From Anaerolineae bacterium (GTDB lineage: Bacteria; Chloroflexota; Anaerolineae; JAAYZQ01): a stretch of 45,748 nt of DNA. The stretch lies in the NCBI GenBank assembly GCA_041559855.1, contig JBFFCR010000001.1, positions 1 to 45,748 of the forward strand. Reading direction: 5' to 3'. Positions 7,101 through 13,874 of the stretch are shown here, in pieces. The stretch's first letter is position 1, and the number at the start of each line of letters is the position of its first letter. The notes below the pieces were generated by a model. That model did not search any database, was not told the DNA's origin, and worked only from the letters and a program-made list of their open reading frames with translations. The position numbers were made by a program, and so were the translations under genes.

Positions 7101-9774
7101 GCTTGTAGGCGTACCTGACTCGGCCGGGCATTGCATAGTAGAGCGCGGCAAACTCGAAGGACACGACCTCATCTCGGTAGGACAGCCTGGCCGATTCCGC
7201 AACCTCGACAGAGCGCTGCAATACCGAATCGGTTCCCACCTCGACCGGCTGGTTTGCCACGAGTAATCCGGTGATATACACCGGTGGGGCGTACGGATCG
7301 TCCCAGATCTGGTCGGGGTAGAAGGCGTTGATGCCGTCGACACCCCCGAAGAACATCTCACCGTCGGGTGCAAGGTAGGCTGCCTGCGAGTTGAATTCGT
7401 TGCTCTGCAAACCCTCCAGGTAGGTGTAATTTCTGAAGGTGATGGTCTGCGGGTCGAATCGTGACAAGCCCTGGTTGGTACTCAGCCATAGGTGTACATC
7501 GGTTTCTGCCACTCGTTCTGGCAACACTGCATACACCACGTCATTAGGAAGGCCGTCTTGCTCCCGGTAGTGCGTCCATACACCGGTGGCGGGCTCGAGG
7601 CGTTGCAGGCCATCGCCGTTAGTGCCACACCACACGATGCCGCTTGGGTCCTCATAGACCCAGAGGATCCGTGCATCACTCAGGCTTTCTGGATTATCTG
7701 GGTCGTGGCGGTAGTGGACAAAGGTCTCGGTGGTAGGGTCAAAATGGTCAAGGCCGGTGCCAGTAGCTATCCACAGAGCCCTGTCTCTTCCTGAGAAGAT
7801 GCCCGAGATGACATTGTCGCCCAAGCTGTTGGTGTTGTCTGGGTTGGGTTCGTATTTGTGCACGACGTTACCAGTGCCTGGGTCAAAGCGTGCCAATCCG
7901 ATCCTGTGGAGGCCCAACCACAGATCATCTCCCTCACTGGCTGGGACAATAGCAGAGACGAGCCCAATCTGAGGCGCGACCCGAGGCAGGACGAGCGTGA
8001 ACTCGTAGTTGCTCCAGCCTGCAGGAACCCCTTTGTAGAGGCCCATGCCGGTGCCTACCCAGATCACGCCACCAGGGCCTTCGTGGACGGCGTAGGAGGT
8101 GACGTCGGGCAAGTTAGGATCGATCTCGTAGAAGGAGGATGTGCCGCTAATCCTATCCCAGCGATTCAGGCCAGCTCCAGTGGTAATCCACAAAAGCTGT
8201 GCATGGCCGGCGGCGTCGATCCCTGCCCTTGGAGCATAGATGCGAAAGACCGAGTCATTGCTTCCTCGCTCTTCCGGCGCGGTACCCACTGCGTGGTAAG
8301 GGAACTTTGTCCAAGTAGGATGGTAGAAGCTGATGCCGCCCATGTCGCTGCCCAGCCACATGCCACCCGAGTCATCTTCGTATATCGCGGTGACCGAGTC
8401 GCCACTGAGGGTGCGCGGATTGTCCGGATCGTGTGCATAGTGAGTGAAGCATTCCGTCTGCGGATCGTAGAGGTCGATGCCACCCGCGAAGGTGTGGATC
8501 CAGATAGTGCCCTGACGGTCTTGGTACATGTGCAACACGGCGTTGTGGCTAAGGCCGCAGCGGTCGTCTGGGTCGGCGGAAATGCGAACGATCTCGCCTG
8601 TCTCGGGATCAAGCCGCTCCAGTCCCAGGCGCTCGTAGGTGAGGTCCGGCCTGGCTTCCCCTGAGGCCACCCATAGGTTGCCCTCTTGATCCTCAAGCAG
8701 CGCTCGCACCGTGTTGCCGGAGAATGTGTTGGGATCCTCGGCACTGTAGGGATACGCTGTGAAGTGACCAGTTTCGCGATTGAATTGGTGTAAGCCACCG
8801 AACGTGGTCCCGATCCAGAGGCGCCCTGCTGTGTCCTCGTAGATCCTGGTGGCGTAGGGACTGCGCAGCGACCCGGGGTTGAGCGGTTCCCCGCCATCCG
8901 TGCTCTGGTAGGCATAGCGAACGAAGGATTGGCTATCAGGGTCGTAGCGCACGAGTCCCTCTCCTGTGCCAAACCAGAGGGTGCCGGTGCTATCCTCGTA
9001 TATGGTGTACACCTTGTTGTCGTGCTCGCTCGCTCTCGCTGGGTCGTCGAGGTCATCGCGGAAATAGACAAGGCGATCTGTTTCTGGGTCATACTGGACT
9101 AGGCCAGAACCGTATGTGCCGATCCATAGCCTGCCGACGCTGTCCCCGTAAACAGCACGGATGTTGAGCCCGCCCTGCCTATGGGGATCTTCTATTTTGA
9201 TCGGATAGCGCTGGAAACGATCCATGGCTGGATCGTACCGGTGGAGGACGGCGTCATCGGTGACGAACCAAAGGTTGTCCTCAGGGTCGCGATAGCAGTG
9301 CTGGACCCAGTTCGCGCTGAGGCTATGGGGATCATCGCGATCATGCTCATAGACCCGGAACTGGTACCCATCGTAGCGGTTCAGCCCATCCTGCGTCCCG
9401 AACCACATAAAGCCCCGGCTGTCCTGTGCAATGCAGTTGATCGTGCTTTGAGAGAGGCCATCCTCGATAGTGAGCTGCCGGAATTCTATGCGCCGGGCCG
9501 CGCCTTTGGGGTCTGCTCCTGTATCGAGTAGGGAGGAGACGCTGTGCCCAGCTAGGACAGCGTCGGGATTCGAGGCCGCTCCGATGCCGCCGGTGATGTT
9601 GCCGGAAGTGTCCGATGCGCAGCCTGACATCACGCCCACGACAAGTAGGGAGGCCGTCATCAACCAAGCCAGGCTCTCCTGAACACGCCGGCGCGCTATC
9701 AGTCTGCGACCCACCATTCTTCCCTCGATTGTGGACCTGTGGGTCCGATTCCTACGTCTGTCTGTCTTGATCAT
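4132..9774 (-). CDS. Giant sensor histidine kinase: lipoprotein-like signal, ~15 Reg_prop beta-propeller repeats, Y_Y_Y domain, TM helix, four tandem GAF domains, HisKA_3 (NarL-type) and HATPase_c
   Basis: The N-terminus reads LLVVGVMSGCASD. There are about 15 copies of the [LMIV]W[FILV]GTxxGLxx[YF]D signature, for example MWFGTQDGLNRYDG and LWIGTYGSGLVQYDP. A Y_Y_Y-like region reads VRYAYKLEGFDNDWI...YVFRVKAANADGVW. The TM helix is WWFRGLAALCVVAIAVAAYRF. Four GAF modules each end in A[VI]ENARL[FY]. The H-box is ERQRLARELHDAVTQTLF and the ATPase has ALNNVVKHA...DDGRGF...GLGI. An alternative start is M19 at 9720. Confidence 0.9.
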   Translation of the reverse strand: MIKTDRRRNRTHRSTIEGRMVGRRLIARRRVQESLAWLMTASLLVVGVMSGCASDTSGNITGGIGAASNPDAVLAGHSVSSLLDTGADPKGAARRIEFRQLTIEDGLSQSTINCIAQDSRGFMWFGTQDGLNRYDGYQFRVYEHDRDDPHSLSANWVQHCYRDPEDNLWFVTDDAVLHRYDPAMDRFQRYPIKIEDPHRQGGLNIRAVYGDSVGRLWIGTYGSGLVQYDPETDRLVYFRDDLDDPARASEHDNKVYTIYEDSTGTLWFGTGEGLVRYDPDSQSFVRYAYQSTDGGEPLNPGSLRSPYATRIYEDTAGRLWIGTTFGGLHQFNRETGHFTAYPYSAEDPNTFSGNTVRALLEDQEGNLWVASGEARPDLTYERLGLERLDPETGEIVRISADPDDRCGLSHNAVLHMYQDRQGTIWIHTFAGGIDLYDPQTECFTHYAHDPDNPRTLSGDSVTAIYEDDSGGMWLGSDMGGISFYHPTWTKFPYHAVGTAPEERGSNDSVFRIYAPRAGIDAAGHAQLLWITTGAGLNRWDRISGTSSFYEIDPNLPDVTSYAVHEGPGGVIWVGTGMGLYKGVPAGWSNYEFTLVLPRVAPQIGLVSAIVPASEGDDLWLGLHRIGLARFDPGTGNVVHKYEPNPDNTNSLGDNVISGIFSGRDRALWIATGTGLDHFDPTTETFVHYRHDPDNPESLSDARILWVYEDPSGIVWCGTNGDGLQRLEPATGVWTHYREQDGLPNDVVYAVLPERVAETDVHLWLSTNQGLSRFDPQTITFRNYTYLEGLQSNEFNSQAAYLAPDGEMFFGGVDGINAFYPDQIWDDPYAPPVYITGLLVANQPVEVGTDSVLQRSVEVAESARLSYRDEVVSFEFAALYYAMPGRVRYAYKLEGFDNDWIAAGDRRFVTYTNLPPRDYVFRVKAANADGVWNESGASLSITVVPPVWATWWFRGLAALCVVAIAVAAYRFRVHSVEERARALEHQVASRTEELSTLNAIAKVVSASLDLEQILDGALDKTLDVMGREAGGVYLLQQASPESPNQQGMLRLVAHRGIEDSLLGNIDDLAVGEGFSGRVIQTGEPLLVADLAADERLTRMAVKDHGYRSLAIAPLVSRGRVLGSLFVMTCSCVSQGQQELELLSSIAGQVAVAIENARLYADTQKRLAQITALQETSTAVASTLQLDELLHLITEQATALFQADGGILNLVDWERSEDEAVACVGSMASVIGTRTPLHSGLSGWIARHNQPAICLDPKSDDRVNQPGLTELELTLGRAIQNAAGVPLVTKGQVIGSLVLLDKLAGRDQFNRRDLKLLVAFANQAATAIENARLFKAEQRRAEQFRVIGQVGRRITSLLDVDSVLNQVASLLQRSFGYDHVAIALVEDGFAVYKVGAGELWKQPGFRFSPERLKVGKEGIAGWVAAHREPLLVPDVSLEPRYVSMEGSRTRSELALPIAVKDRIIGVLDVQSNHLNAFDASDVVVLQSLADQAAVAIENARLFDAEQRRAEQFRVISEVGTHVVSSLTLAELLEQVARLIQGAFNYYLVEIGLVETSALVFKTRASRALGDGFQSFSLPLNEGSITGWVAARGEPLIVPDVALEPRYVKVTSTETRSELAVPMKVQDQIIGVINVESEHLDAFDQSDLTVLQSLANQAAIAVENSRLYEQAQRLAVMEERQRLARELHDAVTQTLFSASLIAEAIPDLWESDQEEGRQLLAELRQLSRGALAEMRTLLLELRPAALVEANLRDLLRQLGEAVAGRTGIPVTVAVDDLCPLPQEVHVALYRIAQEALNNVVKHAQASRVEVLLHCLDNGAQRPSSPQLRLCISDDGRGFDLAHIPSERLGLGIIRERAQAIGANLAIESRLGAGTQIKVVWQAR

Positions 9775-10034
9775 CCTGTCACAACTTGCTCAAGCTGATG
9801 TTGACCCACATATGGTGGTGACCATTATATCACATTGCCGCCGGAAGCGCATTGGCCAGTGGTATAATCTCGTGTAGGCCACCTGGCCGATTTTCTGGCT
9901 GGCGGGGATTGGCGGTGTCCAAAGTCCAGCATCTCGATAGCGGTGCTGGCCAGCAAACGCGTCATTATGACTGGGAATAGACACTAGGGATTGTGGTTAG
10001 CCCCTAGCGATCGCCCTAGGGGTTGTGGTGTCGC

Positions 10035-10063
10035 TTGACACTTTTCAGTTCATGCATTATACT
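10035..10063 (+). promoter_or_regulatory. Near-consensus sigma-70 promoter (TTGACA-17-TATACT)
   Basis: TTGACA is at 10035-10040, followed by a 17-nt spacer and TATACT at 10058-10063. The predicted start site near 10070 leaves a leader of about 200 nt before the ATG at 10272. Confidence 0.5.
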
Positions 10064-10271
10064 TGGATCGAGTCTGCCGTTGGCTGTGCTTCAGCCAGCG
10101 TTGCACTGCTCGCTGGACCCTGCATGGGGTGCGTCGATAAGCCGTGGGAAAGGAATAGGAGACAGCCTGGCCTCTGCGTGGGGCTTTCAAACTCAGCACG
10201 CCTGACCGGTCGCCTGTGAGGGGTTCCCTTTCGCAGCGGGCGCTCGGTCTGGGGCTCGACTACCAACAGGG

Positions 10272-11048
10272 ATGATGCGTAAACTGCTTAATTGCGTGCT
10301 GGTCATCGTACTGGCGCCTCTGGTCTTTGGCTTCATCTATGACGGTGCTGCATACCTCGCTTCGGTGTTCACGCTGGATGCCACCAAGTGGTTTCTGGCA
10401 GGCACTGTCTTGTTCTTGCTCGTCTACCTCTTGTTTCTAAACAACAACATCGCGTTCATCGAGGACTTTTTGCACGAGTCGGAGCACGCTGTTGTCTCGT
10501 TCATCTTTACGCTCAAGCTTCCCTCACGAATGGAGATCGATCCGGTCAAGGGATCCAAGGTGCTGTTGCCCAAGAGGGGAGGGTGCCTAGTGGACCTGGC
10601 TCCCTACTACCTGCCCTTGCTCGCGGTTCCTCTGTTTGCAGTCAAAGCCTTGGTTGACCTTGCGTACTCGCTGTTCAAGGCGGGCCCGTCTCCGTATTTG
10701 GATGGGGCCTTTGACATGCTGATAGGCGCAGCATTCGTGTTTCACCTGTTGTGCACGCTCAGGGAGTACAGCACCATCCAGACGGACATAAAGAAGCCGG
10801 GATTGATCCCTTCTCTCGTTGCCGTCCTCTTCCTCAACTTTATGTTTCTGTTGCTTTGCGTGACAGTTGTCGTTGGCAGCTACACAGAGCTCCTGGAGTA
10901 TGCAAAGGCGGCGTTTTGGACGACCGTTGATGCCTATAAAGCCGCGTTCGAGTTCCTGAAGGCGAAGGCGCTGCCAACTATCGGCAAGCTGATCGAGGCC
11001 ATTGGCGATCGATTTTGCCGGACGTGTACTCCGACTCCCATTCCTTGA
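10272..11048 (+). CDS. Polytopic membrane protein of unknown function with an HExxH motif (possible membrane-embedded zinc metalloprotease-like protein)
   Basis: The 258-aa product has at least 5 hydrophobic helices, including VLVIVLAPLVFGFIY, FLAGTVLFLLVYLLFL, LAPYYLPLLAVPLFAV, MLIGAAFVFHLLC and LVAVLFLNFMFLLLCVTVVV. HESEH (HExxH) follows the second helix in FLHESEHAVVSF. I recognise no family beyond that. Confidence 0.7.
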   Translation: MMRKLLNCVLVIVLAPLVFGFIYDGAAYLASVFTLDATKWFLAGTVLFLLVYLLFLNNNIAFIEDFLHESEHAVVSFIFTLKLPSRMEIDPVKGSKVLLPKRGGCLVDLAPYYLPLLAVPLFAVKALVDLAYSLFKAGPSPYLDGAFDMLIGAAFVFHLLCTLREYSTIQTDIKKPGLIPSLVAVLFLNFMFLLLCVTVVVGSYTELLEYAKAAFWTTVDAYKAAFEFLKAKALPTIGKLIEAIGDRFCRTCTPTPIP

Positions 11049-11155
11049 GCTCGGGCAGCCGATCCGTTCATGGGTGCATCCCCTGGCCAGCCTCGGCGAT
11101 ACCTGTTCGTGCCCTGGAGCCAAGAAGCCGGCAGGAGACTCTGTTGCGTCAGCGA

Positions 11156-11707
11156 CTATGGCTCGAGTTGGAGGCTTTGGAGTGCACGCTCGCACCAGAG
11201 CAGGGCCAGTGCGCTGGGTCCGTCGGTGATTGCGCCCTCGCGTGCCATGCGCATGGCTTCCTCGACCGGTACGAGGCGCAGCTCCATCAGCTCGGTGGGC
11301 TCGCGGTGGGTTTCGCCAAGCTCCACACCCATGGCTAGGTAGACATAAGCGATCTCGTTGGAGATGCCATTGGAGGTGTAGAATTGGCCTAGGCAACTCA
11401 TGTCCGCTGCCGTACCGCCGATCTCCTCCAGCAACTCGCGGCGGGCGAGCGCTTCCGGTGTGAGGTCGGGGGAGAGGCCGCCCGCAGGTACCTCATAGCA
11501 CCAGTCATCGACGGTGTAGCGGTAGTTCCTGATGAGTGCGATCTGACCATCTGCCGTGACGGGCACAATCCAGACGGCGCCAGGGTGTTCGACGAGAGTG
11601 TATGTGAATTCGTGACCCTGTTGCGTACGTAGGCGGTCCTGACGCAGGCTGTACCAGCGGCTCTGCCAAAGGTACTTGCTGTCGAGCGTCTTCCAGGGAG
11701 TTGCCAT
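11156..11707 (-). CDS. NUDIX hydrolase (ADP-ribose pyrophosphatase-like)
   Basis: The Nudix box is GGLSPDLTPEALARRELLEEIGG, containing REUxEExG. The 183-aa size and layout are typical of NudF-like enzymes. Confidence 0.85.
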   Translation of the reverse strand: MATPWKTLDSKYLWQSRWYSLRQDRLRTQQGHEFTYTLVEHPGAVWIVPVTADGQIALIRNYRYTVDDWCYEVPAGGLSPDLTPEALARRELLEEIGGTAADMSCLGQFYTSNGISNEIAYVYLAMGVELGETHREPTELMELRLVPVEEAMRMAREGAITDGPSALALLWCERALQSLQLEP

Positions 11708-11771
11708 TCAAGAGCCTCAGTAGGAACGTCTCAGCACGCTCATAGTGAGCGCTTGCCCACGGCGCACGGAA

Positions 11772-12605
11772 TCAGTATTTGCGCACTATGGGGCGATAGG
11801 ATTGGGGAGAGCGACACTGGATGAGCTGAAGCTCCTCGCGTGTCTTGCGGACGGCATCCAGATCAATGGTTGCGACGGCATAGCCTTCAATCTCTTTGTC
11901 GATGGAGGCATAGACTTCGCCCCGCGGCCCGATTACCATGCTGTCGCCGAAGAACTGGTAGCTGTACTCCTCTCCAATGCGGTTGGCGGCAGCGACGTAG
12001 AGCGCGTTTTCAAGCGCGCGCGCTTGAACATACGTACGCCATTCGGCCATATGCCCCTCGCGTTCCTCGCCCGGGGCATGGCCCCAGTTGGCACATACGC
12101 ACAGCATCTGTGCTCCGTCGAGGGCGAGACAGCGGGCTGTCTCTGGGAAGGCCAGATCCCAGCCCAAAAGGATGCCGATCGGGCCGAAAGTGGTCTCAAA
12201 GACCGGCAGTCGATAGCCCGGGCGGAATGCCAAGCGTTCTTCTCCAGGCAAGTGAAGCTTGCGGTATTCGCCCAGGATCTCCCCGTCGGGACCGATGACG
12301 GCAGCAGCGTTGTAGATTGTGCTTTCCACCTTTTCCTTTGTGACCAGACCAAAGACGATGTGCGTCGAATAGTCCGCAGCTCGCTGCGCAAGGAGGTTGA
12401 CGGCCGGACCGGGCACGCGCTCGGCGACATCTGTGAAGCGAAGCCCAAGTTCATAGCCCGTAGTTGCCAGCTCTGGGAAGACAATCAGATTGACCTTTTG
12501 CTCGGAGCATATCTTGTCGACATACTTGCCCATGGCAATTAGGTTATCCTCGACCTTGCCCAACAGGGGATGCATCTGTACTACAGCAATGGTGATCTCT
12601 TGCAT
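11772..12605 (-). CDS. Carbon-nitrogen hydrolase (nitrilase superfamily) homologue with the nucleophile Cys position occupied by Gly
   Basis: The family layout is ITIAVVQMHPLLGKVEDNL, then LIVFPELATTGY (catalytic Glu) and YRKLHLPG (catalytic Lys). The motif GILLGWDLAFPE sits where the family has G..ICyD..FPE. The C-terminal part reads ARALENALYVAAANRIGEE...FFGDSMVIGPRGEV. The start has a GAGGAGG Shine-Dalgarno. Confidence 0.85.
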   Translation of the reverse strand: MQEITIAVVQMHPLLGKVEDNLIAMGKYVDKICSEQKVNLIVFPELATTGYELGLRFTDVAERVPGPAVNLLAQRAADYSTHIVFGLVTKEKVESTIYNAAAVIGPDGEILGEYRKLHLPGEERLAFRPGYRLPVFETTFGPIGILLGWDLAFPETARCLALDGAQMLCVCANWGHAPGEEREGHMAEWRTYVQARALENALYVAAANRIGEEYSYQFFGDSMVIGPRGEVYASIDKEIEGYAVATIDLDAVRKTREELQLIQCRSPQSYRPIVRKY

Positions 12606-12637
12606 CGTAAGTCCTCCTCAGAATTGTGGCTGCTGGA

Positions 12638-12666
12638 AGTATACCGCCAAAGCACCAATTCGTCAA
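12638..12666 (-). promoter_or_regulatory. Sigma-70-like promoter for the CN-hydrolase/NUDIX unit (TTGACG-17-TATACT)
   Basis: On the minus strand, TTGACG lies at the complement of 12661-12666, followed by a 17-nt spacer and TATACT at the complement of 12638-12643. This is about 30 nt upstream of the ATG at 12605. Confidence 0.55.
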
Positions 12667-12736
12667 CTGGCGCAGACGATAAGAACAAGAGTTCTATAGA
12701 GTTCTGTGTGGATTGCTATGCTCCAGGATGCGCCCT

Positions 12737-13597
12737 TTATGTCTGAACTTGGTGGAAAATCTCAAAAGAGACTAGTTCTATCCCGCACCTGTCGACACAC
12801 GCACGGACTTCAGGATGGGTGAGGAGCTTTAGCTCGGTCTCTCGTTCCTGTCTGTAGGTGCTGCTGGCCAGAGCCGGCCCAACGTATCCGGGGTGACACA
12901 TGAGCTCGCTTACGCCGTCAGGTAGGGTGTGCAGCAGGTGCAGGAGGTTGTCCAATGTTAGGGATTCGTGGCCGAAGAATGTGCTGATAAAGTGGTCTGG
13001 ATGAGCAAGCTGGCGAGCCTCAATCAGGGCGCTGTCTGTCACAATCATGCCCCGTACAAGGTCCTTAGGGAAACCCTCCAGGTAAGGAAGTGTGGAGACT
13101 GCCTGCTGGAAGTCAGTTTCGGGTGGGAACGGCATTCGAAGGGGGAGCCCAAGCTCAGCGGCAAGGTCGGCGTATACCTGAAAGAACGGCGGGTACAGGT
13201 GGACGAAGTGATGGCAATCTAGGTGGTCGGGCATGCGGCCGGCGCACGTGACAAAGCGTTCGACCTGGGCTCTGAATTCGGCATGAAGGTGGCTAGTCGA
13301 CGTTTCCTCGGCGCGCGCCCAGAGGTCGTGCTGGCTCAGGAAGAAACCATCACGATCCACCAGGCTCGAAATGGCCTCCGCTGGGAGAATCGGGCGCCAA
13401 ACTGAGAATACCAGATGCAGCCCCACGCCCAGATCCGTGCAGGCCACCGCCTCTTTGAGTTGAGAGTTGATCGAGGGTTGGCTGATCATCACCGTGGTGC
13501 TGGTGACTATGCCGGCTCTGTGGGCGTGGAGGATTCCACGCGAAACCCCTGGCGAGCGCCCGAAATCATCTGCGTTCACGATCAATTTCCTGCTCAT
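12737..13597 (-). CDS. YdjC/ChbG-family carbohydrate deacetylase
   Basis: The N-terminus MSRKLIVNADDFGRSPGVSRGILHAHRAGIVTSTTVM matches the YdjC signature (NADDFG...G.VTSTS.M). The product is 286 aa. Confidence 0.85.
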   Translation of the reverse strand: MSRKLIVNADDFGRSPGVSRGILHAHRAGIVTSTTVMISQPSINSQLKEAVACTDLGVGLHLVFSVWRPILPAEAISSLVDRDGFFLSQHDLWARAEETSTSHLHAEFRAQVERFVTCAGRMPDHLDCHHFVHLYPPFFQVYADLAAELGLPLRMPFPPETDFQQAVSTLPYLEGFPKDLVRGMIVTDSALIEARQLAHPDHFISTFFGHESLTLDNLLHLLHTLPDGVSELMCHPGYVGPALASSTYRQERETELKLLTHPEVRACVDRCGIELVSFEIFHQVQT

Positions 13598-13630
13598 TTG
13601 CCCCTCGTGATGAACGTCTGGACCTACACA

Positions 13631-13659
13631 ATTCTAGCCTGCGGCGTCCATGGTGTCAA
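13631..13659 (-). promoter_or_regulatory. Sigma-70-like promoter for the ydjC-like gene (TTGACA-17-TAGAAT)
   Basis: On the minus strand, TTGACA lies at the complement of 13654-13659, followed by a 17-nt spacer and TAGAAT at the complement of 13631-13636. A GAGGGG Shine-Dalgarno precedes the ATG at 13597. Confidence 0.55.
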
Positions 13660-13737
13660 GTTGCGCGGCCGTCGTTAGGCACCACGCTCTGATCGATGTT
13701 GTGGCCCCTCGTGCCAGCGGGGAGGCCCGTACCTGGT

Positions 13738-13766
13738 TTGACATCTCTGCAGACTTACGCTACAAT
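13738..13766 (+). promoter_or_regulatory. Sigma-70-like promoter for alaS (TTGACA-17-TACAAT)
   Basis: TTGACA is at 13738-13743, followed by a 17-nt spacer and TACAAT at 13761-13766. It lies inside the ORF-track N-terminal extension of alaS, which argues for the downstream ATG. Confidence 0.55.
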
Positions 13767-13874
13767 TGCCGCTTGAACCGACATGAATCATATGAGAAGC
13801 GTAAGCTCGGGCGATTGGGTGAGGAGAGCCGAACCTGTACTCCTTGCGCTCGACTTGATGAGGAACTACGAGCC

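Noticed and set aside
7858-9092. Long alternative-frame ORFs inside the giant kinase (7858-8664 plus strand; 8166-9092 minus strand)
   Set aside because: The annotated frame carries about 15 regular propeller repeats across this interval. The alternatives have no motifs and are GC-driven open frames.
10007-10014. GCGATCGC (cyanobacterial HIP1-like palindrome) as a taxonomic or repeat signal
   Set aside because: I found only this one copy in 45.7 kb, whereas HIP1 genomes carry it about once per kb. Here it is just the centre of a local repeat.
9790-10219. Small ORFs in the long intergenic gap (9790-9984 minus; 10023-10205 and 10025-10219 plus)
   Set aside because: They have no Shine-Dalgarno, overlap one another and the promoter-like elements, and have implausible composition. 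I treat the region as non-coding pending RNA evidence.
10587-12542. ORFs 10587-11396 (minus, 269 aa) and 11745-12542 (plus, 265 aa)
   Set aside because: They overlap the membrane protein/NUDIX genes and the CN-hydrolase gene respectively. All three of those genes have clear family motifs in other frames, and the alternative translations are Arg/Pro/Gly-rich.
13650-13874. N-terminal 75-aa extension of alaS in the ORF track
   Set aside because: The extension contains the divergent ydjC promoter -35 element and the alaS promoter itself (13738-13766). AlaRS homology begins at MKRMTGAGLRQSYLDFF.
13773-13874. T-box or other leader riboswitch upstream of alaS
   Set aside because: There is no T-box consensus (..GGTGGTACCGCG..), specifier-loop architecture or terminator/antiterminator pair. 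The leader is only about 100 nt.
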